64,000 nt of DNA from Candidatus Polarisedimenticolia bacterium (lineage in GTDB: Bacteria; Acidobacteriota; Polarisedimenticolia; Gp22-AA2; AA152). The stretch covers positions 234 to 64,233 of the forward strand of contig DASYRE010000024.1 of the NCBI GenBank assembly GCA_036004685.1. The letters are read 5' to 3'. Made by a program: the position numbers and the translations under genes. The first letter of the stretch is position 1, and each line of letters begins with the position of its first letter. Below the pieces are notes generated by a model. That model had not been told where the DNA came from and did no database searches. It saw only the letters and a list, made by a program, of their open reading frames with translations. Shown here one piece after another: positions 20,295-29,575 of this stretch.

Positions 20295-22622
20295 TCAACG
20301 AGGGGACGCGGCGCGGCTCCCGGAGTCCTGCGCCGGCAGGCCCGGGACCTCCCGGAAGAAAATCCACAAAGCGGCAGGGACCGCGGTGAAGCTGGCGATC
20401 ATGGAGAGGACGAAGGCGCTGGAGGAGACGAGGCCGAACTGGCGCATCGGCGGCAGGCCCGACAGCGACAGCGTGAGAAAGCCGCCCGCGTTGATGAGGG
20501 TCGCAAACAGAATCGCCCGTCCGGCGATGACCAGGGAATGGCGCAGCGCCTCCTCGGTCCCGGCCGAGCGCCGCTTCTCCTGAAAGTGGTAGAAGAAATG
20601 GATCTGATCGTTCTCCGAGGCTCCCAGGACCGTCGAGGCGATGAGAATCGTGGCGACGTTCAGCGGGATGGAGGTCAGCCGCATCACCAGGAACATCACG
20701 AGGATGGCGAACAGGGAGGGAATCATCGCCATCAGCCGGGCCGCCGTGCTCCGGAAGACGAGCAGGAACGCCACGAAAATCACCGAGGCCGTCAGCAGGA
20801 AGCTCTCGGTCAGCGTGGGCACGAGGTATTCGGCGATCTTCGCCTGCAGCAGCCCCTGGCCGACGACCATCATCCGGCATTCCCCGAGCGCGCGATGGCG
20901 CGCCGCCGATATCCTCCAGCTCGCCCGGATGAAGTCCTTGATCTCCTCGACGTGGGCGAAACCCTGCCCGTGATGAACCACCGTCATCCGCGCGTGGCGC
21001 AGGGAGCCGACGTCGACGTACGCCCGCAAGGCCGGCTCTCGCAAAAGGAGCTGCTCGAGCTGGGCGGCGAGCCCCTCCCAGGCCGAGGGCTCGTCGCTGA
21101 GCCGGTCCCCGTGGCCGGCGACGTAGCTGGACCAGCGCAGGAGCGTCGTCGGGCCCAGGACCGATCCGATCCGGGGATCGGCCTCGAGATTCCGCGCGAA
21201 CCCTTCGAGCCCCCGCAGCACCTCCGGCTCGACCACCGTCCCTCGGGTCGACTTGATCCAGATCTGGATGACCGAAAGCCCCGAGATCGCTTTTTCGAAC
21301 CGGCGGGTGTCCCGGTAGATCGGCTCGTTCTTGTCGATGTACGCCAGCGTGTCGGTCTCCGGGCGCATCGGGGCCAGGCGTCCGGGAATCCCCGTCAAGG
21401 CCGCCACGCCCGCCAGCATCAAGAAGGCGGTGGCGGGAAGGATGACGCGCCGATAGCGATAGGAGAAGGCGGGAAGCCGGTCGATCAGGCGCAGGACGAG
21501 CCGTCCCGCGGAGGTGCGCCGCCGCAGGACGGGAGTCGCGAGGGTCTTTTGCAGGGCGGGGAAGAGCGTGAACACGACGATCCAGGTCATCAGCAGGCCC
21601 GCGGCGACCCAGAGGCCCATTTCCCGAATCGGGCGGATGCCCGAGACGGCCAGCGCGCCGAAGCCGATTGCCGTCGCGAAGATCGAGGCGGTGGTCGCGA
21701 GGAACTTGTTGGAGAGGGTGAATATCTGGTGCTCGTCGACCGATCCCGCACCGGCGTGCTCGACGAACCGGGATTGGATGTACACGAGCGCGGCGGTCGC
21801 GGTGATGAGGATCGTGACCGGCACGAGGGAAGAGACGATGGTGAACGGAAATCCCGCGAGCCGCGCGAACCCGACGGTCAGCGAGACGCACACCAGCAGC
21901 GTGACGAGAAAGGCGGCCAGGGTCCTCAGCGAGCGGTAGAGGACGAAATTGATGACGACGACGAAGAGGCCGAAAAGCGGAAAGTACCGGAGGCTGGCCC
22001 GGGCGGTCTCCGATTCCAGATAGGCGTCGACGTAGGGGGATCCGACTTTGCGGATCCCCGCCAGAGGGCCCGGCGCCGCTTCCAGCGGAGCGAGCGCCCG
22101 ATCGATCGCGGCGAGCGTCTCGTTCCGCTGTCGCGCCGTTCGGACGTCGAGATCCACGACGATCCCCAGGAAGTCGGCGCCGGCGAGCCCTTGCTTTCGG
22201 AAGAGATCGGTGCCGCTCACGAACCGCCGGAACTCCTCCGGAAACCCGGGGCTCGCGGCGGAGCCGGGGTGAGCCCGGTCGTAGATGTCCAGGGCGGAGG
22301 CGCTCCGGACCCGGGGAACCCGCCCGAGGCGATCCTGGATTTCGCGGGCTCTCGAAAGCGCCGCGGGAGAAAAGGGATCCTTCGCCTCCGCGAGCAGAAC
22401 CACCTGCTCGCCTTCGGCGAAAAGACGCTGGAAAGCGATCGTGTTCCGATAGTCGGGATCGCTCTGCACGATCAGGCGGGCGATGGAATTGTCGTGCGGC
22501 ACGCGGAGGGCCAGCCCGATCGCGAACGGAACGAGGAGGGCGTAGAGCGCGAAGAACCAACCCCGCATCGCGACGACGCGGCGAAAGAGGGCCTCCAGTC
22601 TCGGAGACGAAGATCCCTTCAT
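20295..22622 (-). CDS. MMPL/RND-superfamily exporter (HpnN-like)
   Basis: 775 aa, two 6-TM bundles with intervening soluble domains, and a typical MMPL N-terminus (MRGWFFALYALLVPFAIGLALRVPHDNSIARLIV). Directly upstream of, and co-oriented with, the sulfatase-family gene. Confidence 0.75.
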   Translation of the reverse strand: MKGSSSPRLEALFRRVVAMRGWFFALYALLVPFAIGLALRVPHDNSIARLIVQSDPDYRNTIAFQRLFAEGEQVVLLAEAKDPFSPAALSRAREIQDRLGRVPRVRSASALDIYDRAHPGSAASPGFPEEFRRFVSGTDLFRKQGLAGADFLGIVVDLDVRTARQRNETLAAIDRALAPLEAAPGPLAGIRKVGSPYVDAYLESETARASLRYFPLFGLFVVVINFVLYRSLRTLAAFLVTLLVCVSLTVGFARLAGFPFTIVSSLVPVTILITATAALVYIQSRFVEHAGAGSVDEHQIFTLSNKFLATTASIFATAIGFGALAVSGIRPIREMGLWVAAGLLMTWIVVFTLFPALQKTLATPVLRRRTSAGRLVLRLIDRLPAFSYRYRRVILPATAFLMLAGVAALTGIPGRLAPMRPETDTLAYIDKNEPIYRDTRRFEKAISGLSVIQIWIKSTRGTVVEPEVLRGLEGFARNLEADPRIGSVLGPTTLLRWSSYVAGHGDRLSDEPSAWEGLAAQLEQLLLREPALRAYVDVGSLRHARMTVVHHGQGFAHVEEIKDFIRASWRISAARHRALGECRMMVVGQGLLQAKIAEYLVPTLTESFLLTASVIFVAFLLVFRSTAARLMAMIPSLFAILVMFLVMRLTSIPLNVATILIASTVLGASENDQIHFFYHFQEKRRSAGTEEALRHSLVIAGRAILFATLINAGGFLTLSLSGLPPMRQFGLVSSSAFVLSMIASFTAVPAALWIFFREVPGLPAQDSGSRAASPR

Positions 22623-22783
22623 GGGAGGGGAAGATTACACCACCGTCCCGGCGCTGTCAGGCCGGGAGGCCCGCTGTGCTAGAGTGCGCTTCGCCGCCGC
22701 GTCGGCGGCGGACTTGGCACGGGGCAGGCGATGGAGCGCTCAGGACCCGGGCGGCGCGGTCCTCGATTCGATCGGGAGCGGGG

Positions 22784-24526
22784 ATGAAGCCCCCCGGCGC
22801 CGGCCTCCCGCCCCGGCCCGACCTCGCCGCGGCGCTGCTGGCGCTCTTCGCCGCCGTGGTCCTGTTTGCCGGGCGGGCGGCGCAGCAAACCGCCGACAGC
22901 CTCGATTACGCCCTGTCAGCCCGGACGGGGCGTGAGATCTTCCATCCCCACCACCTTCTGTTCACCCCCATGATCCGGCTCACGCGCCTGCTGGTGGCGC
23001 GCGCCGGCGGCGGCGAGGATCCCGTGCTGGCCGGACAGCTTCACAATATCGTCGCGTCGGTCGTCGTCCTGCTCGCCTGCCATGCGATCGTCCGCCGATG
23101 GACCGGCTCGTCCTTCGGAGGCGTGGCCGCCGCGCTCTTGCTTCTGGCGTGCCGCGGATTCTGGCTGTATTCGACCCTGGTGGAGGTGTATCTCCCCGCC
23201 ACGGCCTGCCTCGCGCTGCTGGTCGTTCTCGTGACTCGGGAAGAGCGGCGGCCCTCCGCCGGCCGCGTCCTCGCGGGCGGCGCGTTGTTGGCGCTCGCGG
23301 TCCTGTATCACCAGCCCAGCGTGCTCTTTTGCGTCCCGCTCGGATACTGGCTCTTCGTTGCGCCGAGAGGAAAAGGATGGAAGGAAGGGGCCTGGATGCT
23401 GGGCATCGCAGGCCTGCTCGCGGCGACGGCCTACCTGCTCGCCTTTCTCGGCCCCGCCGCGCTGCGGGGAGGAGGCGAGAGTCTCGACCCCGGTCCGCCG
23501 ACGGCGGCGCGCTTCGTCCGCTTCTGCCTCGCCTATGCCTTCCATCCGGTGGCCGGATGGGGGACGGCCCGGAATCTCAGCGTCCTCGGGATAGGCCGCC
23601 TGCTGCATAGCCAATTGCGCAACGTCACCACCTTCCCGTGGTCGCTGCGCGCGCTTTTCATTCCGGGAACGGGCGTCTTCCTTCTCCTCCTCGGCGGCTG
23701 GCATCTGCGCTCGATTCGCGCCGATCGCCCCCTCAGGAGGCAACGCATCTTCCTGCTCGTCTGGATCGTCTCCTACTACCTCTTCTTTCTCTGGTGGTTT
23801 CCGGGAGAGAAGGAGTTCTTCATCACCCCGCTCCTGCCGCTCGCGCTGTTGATCGCGCTGGCGGCCATGGATCTGCGGGATCATTCCGGGGGATGGAGCC
23901 GGAGCCGAAGCCGGCTACTGATCCCGTTGAGCCTGCTTCCCGCTCTCCTGCTGGGAGCGTTGAACCTCCGCGGCACGATACTTCCCTATCACCGCTCGCG
24001 CGGCCCGGCCTATCGGGAAGCTTCCGATCTCGCCCGCGCGGGGGTGCCGGAGGATTGCTGGCTGTTCGCGGACTACACGGTCGCGGAAAACCTCCGCTAC
24101 TACTTCGCACGGGAGAAGGCGAGAGAAGGCGTGATGCCTCTTTATCATTTCTATGAGGGGCGCTCTCTTCCGCGCGAGCTCGCGGAAGCCGCCCGAGGCT
24201 GCCTCGCCATCGATCTGGAGTACGTGAATCCGGAGTTTTCCGCCGGCGACGTGGACGGGGCCCGCCAGCCGGAACAATGGTTCAGCTACCTGACATGGCT
24301 CCTCGGCGCGGAAAGGGTAGGCGGCGGCATGGCGATTCGGTCGTTCAAGATCCTGGACCTTGAAGAGGGGAAGCGATACCTGCTCCTTGCCGCCTCCCGG
24401 GAGATCGCGGAGGGCTGGCCCGGCGTCTTCCGGCGCCTCGATGCGGGCCTCCCGGGAAGGAAGGAGGGCGACGGACCGTTCTCGAGATGGCTCGAGAGAT
24501 TTTCCCGTGTCGTGTCTCGGAAATGA
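22784..24526 (+). CDS. Polytopic membrane protein, possible GT-C-type glycosyl/arabinosyltransferase (function unknown)
   Basis: About 580 aa, more than 10 hydrophobic helices, no soluble catalytic signature recognisable. Start at ATG 22784 (MKPPGAG); the upstream 36 residues of ORF 22676 are Arg-rich. Confidence 0.4.
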   Translation: MKPPGAGLPPRPDLAAALLALFAAVVLFAGRAAQQTADSLDYALSARTGREIFHPHHLLFTPMIRLTRLLVARAGGGEDPVLAGQLHNIVASVVVLLACHAIVRRWTGSSFGGVAAALLLLACRGFWLYSTLVEVYLPATACLALLVVLVTREERRPSAGRVLAGGALLALAVLYHQPSVLFCVPLGYWLFVAPRGKGWKEGAWMLGIAGLLAATAYLLAFLGPAALRGGGESLDPGPPTAARFVRFCLAYAFHPVAGWGTARNLSVLGIGRLLHSQLRNVTTFPWSLRALFIPGTGVFLLLLGGWHLRSIRADRPLRRQRIFLLVWIVSYYLFFLWWFPGEKEFFITPLLPLALLIALAAMDLRDHSGGWSRSRSRLLIPLSLLPALLLGALNLRGTILPYHRSRGPAYREASDLARAGVPEDCWLFADYTVAENLRYYFAREKAREGVMPLYHFYEGRSLPRELAEAARGCLAIDLEYVNPEFSAGDVDGARQPEQWFSYLTWLLGAERVGGGMAIRSFKILDLEEGKRYLLLAASREIAEGWPGVFRRLDAGLPGRKEGDGPFSRWLERFSRVVSRK

Positions 24527-24666
24527 CGCAGGCCGTCGGGCCGGGATGGATCGGGGGCCGAATGTAACATGATTTTTGAGACGCGACACTAGGCGGGCCA
24601 GGCGAGGCGCCACGCAGCGAGCCGTGATGCATCAAGGCCTCAAGCATGAAGATTCCGGATGCGACA

Positions 24667-27312
24667 CTAACGCGGCGGCGCAGCGGTCTTTTCGGAAAAG
24701 CGTCCGGACTCCCAATCCTCCAGCTCCCTGACCGCCTTCTCCAGGCGGCGCGTCGTCTCGGCGGGATCGGCTGCGGGATCGATGCACAGGGGCTCGCCCA
24801 GGACGAGGCGCGTCCTGCCCCGTCGCATCCACCGGGCCCCGTCGGGAAGCACTCGCGCCGTTCCTTCCACCCAGGCGGGAACCACCGGCGCGCGCAGCTC
24901 GCGGGCCAGAATGCCGATCCCTCCCCGAAACGGCGCGAGACCTCCCTCGGGAACGTGCCTTCCTTCGGGAAAGACGAGCAGCGAGAAGCCGGCGTCCGCC
25001 AGCTCTCCCGCGTAACCGAGGCTCTGGCGGAAGCCGGCGGTCTCCGGCAGCGGCCAGGCGCCGAAAAGCAGCTCCACGAGCCGCACCTGCATCGACTCGA
25101 GTGCGTAGCGGGTCCGGCCGCCGCCGGTTTCCCCGAAGAAGACGCGGTGGTGGCGCGTCGTCATCGCCGGAGCGATCCTTCCCCTCAGCAGGCGGGGAAG
25201 CGTCGCCTTGAAGAGGCCGGTGTCCAGATAGCTCCGATGATTGCAGACGAAGAGGTAGGGCGGGTCGGCCGAGCCGAGCCGTTCGAGTCCGACGACCTCC
25301 GGTCTTGCCTGCAGCAGAACGATCGGGCGGAAGACCGCCTCTTCCAGCAAGCGCCTGAACTGATGGAATGGAGAGACTCGTGCCCATCGAGGCATCCGCA
25401 AGGCGCCCGGGCGCGGCGGAGAGGGTTTCGCCGACGAAAGGGGCGCTTCGGCGTGCGCGGCTTCCGAGACACGGTCGCCTTCGGGGCGGACCGGGACACG
25501 GCCGGCGGCCTGCCGGACCGCCCGCTCCAGATCTCCCACCGTCGCCGAGGCGAGCGCCGCATCTGCCAGGACCACCCCGAATCTCTCTTCCAGCCGCACG
25601 CCCAGCTCGACGAGATCGAGGCTCGACAGGCCGAGCGCCTCGACCAGGAGCGTTCCCTCCTCGAGGCGCTCCATCCGGCTGCGGGCCACTTGCGCCACCA
25701 GACGGCGAACCTCGGCGGTGAGGCCGAACGCGCCCCCGGCGCCTTGCCCGCCGGGCGCGCGCCGCAGAGCTTCCTCCCGGACGAGGCCCTTCTTCACCTT
25801 CCCGGTGGAAGTTCGTGGAAAATCGCTCCCGGCCCAGACGGTGAAATCGCGGACCCTTTGTCTGGGCTGTAGGCGCTCGTTGGCGGCCACCACCGCCTCC
25901 TCGGCATGGCAGCCCTGCTCCATCAGAAGGACGGCATGGACGTGCTCCGCGGCCCCCTCCGAGACCCCGAGCACGCAGGCCTCGCGGACGCCCTCGGAGG
26001 GGCGGAACGCCGCTTCGACGTCGGCCGGAAAAACGTTCTCTCCTTCGGGAGTGACGATGACGTCCTTGAGCCGCCCGCGGATTCGCAGCCGTCCTTCCGG
26101 GTCGAGCTCGCCCACGTCCCCCGTGCGCAGCCATCCGTCGGGGTTCCGCGCCGCGGCCTCTCCGAAGTAGCCTTGAGTCACGTTCGGCCCGCGCACCAGG
26201 ATCTCCCCTTCGGCGCCCAGGGAGACCTCCTGGATACCGAGCGGCCGGCCGACGCCGCCAGGCCGGCGATCGAATGGATTCGAAATCGACACGATCGGCG
26301 CGGTTTCCGTCAGTCCATATCCCTGAATCACGAGATATCCGAGGCTCTCCCAGAATCGCTGGACTTCTTCCGCAAGGGGAGCGCCGCCGGAGACCAGGAG
26401 CCGGAACCGGCGCCCGAAGATTCCCGCCAGGCGCGGGAAGAGGAGGGCCTGAATCATGAAAGGCCAGCGCTCGAAGCGGGCCTGGCGCTTCTGAATCTTC
26501 TCGAGCGCCCCTTCCTCGCGCAGGAGGCGCCGGACTTCAAGTCCGAGAAGATCGAGAAGCCGGGGAACGGTGAAGAGTCCCCAGGCGCCAAGACGCCGGG
26601 CGGCCTCCCGGACCTCCGCGGGCCGCGGCGGGACGAACGCCACGCTGAGACCCATGAACAACGGCAGGAAGACGTTCATCGCCTGGCCGAACATGTGGGA
26701 CAGGGGAAGCGTGGTGAGAAAGGGAAGCGTGCCGAGGGGGCGAATCCAGCGCTCCCGCCGCTCGAACGCCCTCTCGATCGGAGCGAAGTCGGAGGCGAGG
26801 TTGCGGTGAGTGAGCACTACGCCCCGGGGCTGCCCCGTGGTTCCGGAGGTGAACACGATTTCCGCGGTTGAATCGCCCGGGGGATCGGCCCACGAAGGGG
26901 AAGAGGCTGCGTCCGGGTCCCCCCAGGAGTCCCACTCGATCCGCCGGCATCCGGGCGGCGGCGAGACGCCGGCAGGCGCCACGAGAAGGCGGCTCTTGCA
27001 GCGCCTCGCCACTTCCTCCCGGAACGAGTCGGGGGCCGACTCCTCCAGGGGGACCGCGACGCCGCCGGCGAGAAGGATTCCGGCCAGCGCTTCGACCCAG
27101 GAGGGATGGCCGGGGCCCTGAATCAGGACCGGGGCGTCGAGGCCTTCGCGGGCCAGCGTCGCCGCGCAGGACACCATGCGATCGTGGAGACAGGCGTAGG
27201 TCCGGCGGCGCCAGCGCACGCCGTCTTTCCAGAAATAGGCGGGTCGATCCGCGAAGCGGCGCAGTCGTGCCAGGCGGGCGCCGAGGGAGGTCAAGGAGGT
27301 CTCGGAAGGCAA
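24667..27312 (-). CDS. Tri-domain acyl-AMP ligase (AMP-binding) - acyl carrier protein - lysophospholipid acyltransferase (PlsC-type) fusion; Aas-like
   Basis: AMP-binding motifs (TSGTTGQPRGV; GYGLTE; TGD; TSTGKVKK), PP-binding Ser motif (EALGLSSLDLVELG), then the HX4D acyltransferase motif (FVCNHRSYLDTG) and FPEGRH block. TTG start at 27312 with GGGAGAG 8 nt upstream. Confidence 0.8.
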   Translation of the reverse strand: MPSETSLTSLGARLARLRRFADRPAYFWKDGVRWRRRTYACLHDRMVSCAATLAREGLDAPVLIQGPGHPSWVEALAGILLAGGVAVPLEESAPDSFREEVARRCKSRLLVAPAGVSPPPGCRRIEWDSWGDPDAASSPSWADPPGDSTAEIVFTSGTTGQPRGVVLTHRNLASDFAPIERAFERRERWIRPLGTLPFLTTLPLSHMFGQAMNVFLPLFMGLSVAFVPPRPAEVREAARRLGAWGLFTVPRLLDLLGLEVRRLLREEGALEKIQKRQARFERWPFMIQALLFPRLAGIFGRRFRLLVSGGAPLAEEVQRFWESLGYLVIQGYGLTETAPIVSISNPFDRRPGGVGRPLGIQEVSLGAEGEILVRGPNVTQGYFGEAAARNPDGWLRTGDVGELDPEGRLRIRGRLKDVIVTPEGENVFPADVEAAFRPSEGVREACVLGVSEGAAEHVHAVLLMEQGCHAEEAVVAANERLQPRQRVRDFTVWAGSDFPRTSTGKVKKGLVREEALRRAPGGQGAGGAFGLTAEVRRLVAQVARSRMERLEEGTLLVEALGLSSLDLVELGVRLEERFGVVLADAALASATVGDLERAVRQAAGRVPVRPEGDRVSEAAHAEAPLSSAKPSPPRPGALRMPRWARVSPFHQFRRLLEEAVFRPIVLLQARPEVVGLERLGSADPPYLFVCNHRSYLDTGLFKATLPRLLRGRIAPAMTTRHHRVFFGETGGGRTRYALESMQVRLVELLFGAWPLPETAGFRQSLGYAGELADAGFSLLVFPEGRHVPEGGLAPFRGGIGILARELRAPVVPAWVEGTARVLPDGARWMRRGRTRLVLGEPLCIDPAADPAETTRRLEKAVRELEDWESGRFSEKTAAPPR

Positions 27313-27437
27313 GCGGATTCTCTCCCGCCGCTATTCTTCCGCACCTCGCGAACGGCAGCAAGGAGGACGGGAGGGCGGCAGGGCCGGGCGCGGCCTCTTC
27401 CGGGGGCCGCGGAGCCGCGCGGCCGGACGATCCTTCC

Positions 27438-27869
27438 CTACCTGCCCGCGGCGAACTTGGAGACCTGGATCGAGTCGTCGATCACCGCGAAGCGCAGCGC
27501 CGTGTCTCCCACCCGGATGACGTCCCAATGATTCAGCTTCGATTTTTCGGAGATGCGCTTGCCGTTCAGCCGCGTGCCGTTGGTGCTCGCCAGATCGCGG
27601 AGGACGAACGCTTCCGGTCCGTACAATCCGATCTCGGCGTGCTTGCGCGAGACCTTTTCGTCCTCCAGGACGATGTCCGCGCCGGCGCGTCCGATCAGAT
27701 AGACTCCCCCGGAGGAAAGCGTGTAGACGCGGCCGCTTCCCGGCCCTTCCTCGATCCGGAGGAAGATGCCGGTGGCCGGCGAGATCAGGCCTTCCTTGAG
27801 CCGCGGGCGCGCCAAGGCGGAGTCGAGCTTCGTGCTGGCGGCGAATTCCGATTTCTTGTCTCCCATCAT
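27438..27869 (-). CDS. FHA-domain protein
   Basis: C-terminal FHA fold signature (GRAGADIVLEDEKVSRKHAEI...LRDLASTNGTRLNGKRI). GAGGAG RBS before tandem ATG ATG. Confidence 0.75.
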   Translation of the reverse strand: MMGDKKSEFAASTKLDSALARPRLKEGLISPATGIFLRIEEGPGSGRVYTLSSGGVYLIGRAGADIVLEDEKVSRKHAEIGLYGPEAFVLRDLASTNGTRLNGKRISEKSKLNHWDVIRVGDTALRFAVIDDSIQVSKFAAGR

Positions 27870-27930
27870 CCTCTCCTCATGAAGGTTGAGATTCTCTTCC
27901 CTGCGAGGCAGCGGCGCGATCGAAAGACGC

Positions 27931-29295
27931 TCAGTCCATCCTGAGCGAGACCGGGGCGCCGAGGGATCGTCCCGCGATCATCTTCAGCGTCCGGGTCTCG
28001 CCCGACCTGAGGTCGACGACGATCGAATCCTGGAAAGGAGAAGAAGCTCCCTCGGGAAGCACGCGGGCGGCCACTTCGTGCTTGCCGGGCGAGAGCCGAA
28101 TCCATCCCTCGAAAGTCTCCTGGTCGCGCCCGAGGATCTTGTTGAAGATGCCCTTCCTCGCGGCCGGCGCCAGATGCCGGGAGTAGACCTCACGCCCGTC
28201 CACCCGGAGGCTCAGGGTCCCGGCCCCGATGCTGCTGCGGGCGTCCAGCCTCAGGTGAGCGGGCCGGGAGAGATAGAAGTACCCGGTCGCGATGAGCAGA
28301 AGCGAGAAGATCGCGGCCGCCCCGAATTTCAACCCCAGGAACCTGCCGCGGCCCTTTGTCGGCTTCCTCCGGTGGGAGGCAGGCTCTGTGGCGCCGGCGG
28401 GCGCCGGAGCGGCCTGAGCCCCCTTTCCGGCCAAGTCGGGCGGCGCGGCCGGCGCCGCGGAGGCGCGCCGCTTGCGGCCGGCCTCGCGGAAGGCATCGCG
28501 AAACTCAGCGCCGTTCTTGAAGCGCTTTCCCGGATCTTTCGCCAGGGCCTGGTCGAAGAAGTCGTTGAGACGATCCGGAAAGCCGCGAACGCGGCGGGTG
28601 ATCGGGATCGGCGCGTCGTGGGCGATCGAATAAACCAAGGCGGGAAGATCCTTTCCTTCGAAGGGGCGCTCCCCGCAGAGCGCCTCGTACAGCACCGCCG
28701 CCAGCGAAAAGAGATCGCTCCGGCCGTCCAGGTCCCCTCCGCGGATCTGCTCGGGGGACATGTATGCGGGGGAGCCGAGAGACGCTCCCGATTGCGTCAG
28801 CTCGGAAGTCGAGAGCCGGGCCACTCCGAAATCGGCGATCTTCGCCGCCCCATCGGGGGCCCGCAGGAGGATGTTCGCGGGCTTGATGTCGCGGTGGATG
28901 ATTCCGGCCTGGTGCGCGACGTGGAGGGCCTCGGCCAGGAGGGCCCCGAAGCTCATGACCCAGCCCGGCTCGAGCCGATCCCCCTGCTCGAGAACCTGCC
29001 GGAGGCTGCGCCCCGGAACGTACTCCATGGCGATGTAGGAGAGGCCCAGCGAAGCGTCGTCGCCGGCGTCGTAGATCGTGACGATTCCGGGGTGGGAGAG
29101 GGAAGCGGCGGCCTGCGCCTCGCGCAAGAAACGCTCGTGGAACTCGGCGATCAGCTCCTCGGAAATGCCGTCCGGCAGAATGTAGGTTTTCAGCGCCACG
29201 CGGCGCTGCAGCCGGGGATCCTGGGCCAGATAGACGACTCCCATGGCGCCCCGCCCGATCTCGCCCTGGATGACGTAGCGTCCGATTCGCGACAT
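27931..29295 (-). CDS. Hanks-type Ser/Thr protein kinase with TM and extracytoplasmic C-terminal domain
   Basis: GxGxxG (GEIGRGAMGVV), VALK, HRDIKPANILL, DFG and SPEQ subdomains; a TM helix (AAAIFSLLLIATGYFYL) then a roughly 120 aa outside domain. Start at ATG 29295 with AAGGG RBS; the upstream 115 aa of ORF 27931..29640 are discounted. Confidence 0.8.
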   Translation of the reverse strand: MSRIGRYVIQGEIGRGAMGVVYLAQDPRLQRRVALKTYILPDGISEELIAEFHERFLREAQAAASLSHPGIVTIYDAGDDASLGLSYIAMEYVPGRSLRQVLEQGDRLEPGWVMSFGALLAEALHVAHQAGIIHRDIKPANILLRAPDGAAKIADFGVARLSTSELTQSGASLGSPAYMSPEQIRGGDLDGRSDLFSLAAVLYEALCGERPFEGKDLPALVYSIAHDAPIPITRRVRGFPDRLNDFFDQALAKDPGKRFKNGAEFRDAFREAGRKRRASAAPAAPPDLAGKGAQAAPAPAGATEPASHRRKPTKGRGRFLGLKFGAAAIFSLLLIATGYFYLSRPAHLRLDARSSIGAGTLSLRVDGREVYSRHLAPAARKGIFNKILGRDQETFEGWIRLSPGKHEVAARVLPEGASSPFQDSIVVDLRSGETRTLKMIAGRSLGAPVSLRMD

Positions 29296-29434
29296 GCCCT
29301 TAAATATAGGTTTGAGGTGAGCTTCCGCAACGATCCCGGATGAAACAAGTCGCGCCGGAATGGGAGGAGCCGAACGCGATTCTCGTGCCGGCTCCGGGAA
29401 GGGGACACCTCCCCCGGCGGGCCGCCGGGAAAGA

Positions 29435-29461
29435 CCCCATGTCCACCGCATGGACATGGGG
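29435..29461. promoter_or_regulatory. Perfect inverted repeat CCCCATGTCCA-ccgca-TGGACATGGGG (11 bp arms) in the divergent intergenic region
   Basis: Seen directly. Lies between the kinase start (29295, minus strand) and the membrane-protein/LMF operon start (29576, plus strand). No T-tract follows, so it is more likely an operator than a terminator. Confidence 0.4.
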
Positions 29462-29575
29462 AACCGCGGCGGCGTCAGGGAATCATCCATCGTCCGGGGC
29501 GATGGATGACTTCGAGGACCGGATCCCGATCCTCTTTGGGCAGGCCGCGCCGCGCGACGCTCGGCGGCCTTCGCT

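Noticed and set aside
20191-22560. Upstream 790 aa of the 1473-aa ORF 18139..22560
   Set aside because: A different frame overlapping the MMPL gene (20295..22622), which has a canonical MMPL sequence. Only the C-terminal 683 aa from ATG 20190 form a coherent TM-plus-sulfatase protein.
19794-22682. 962-aa plus-strand ORF
   Set aside because: Antisense to the MMPL and sulfatase-family genes; the composition is Arg/Gly/Asp/Glu-rich.
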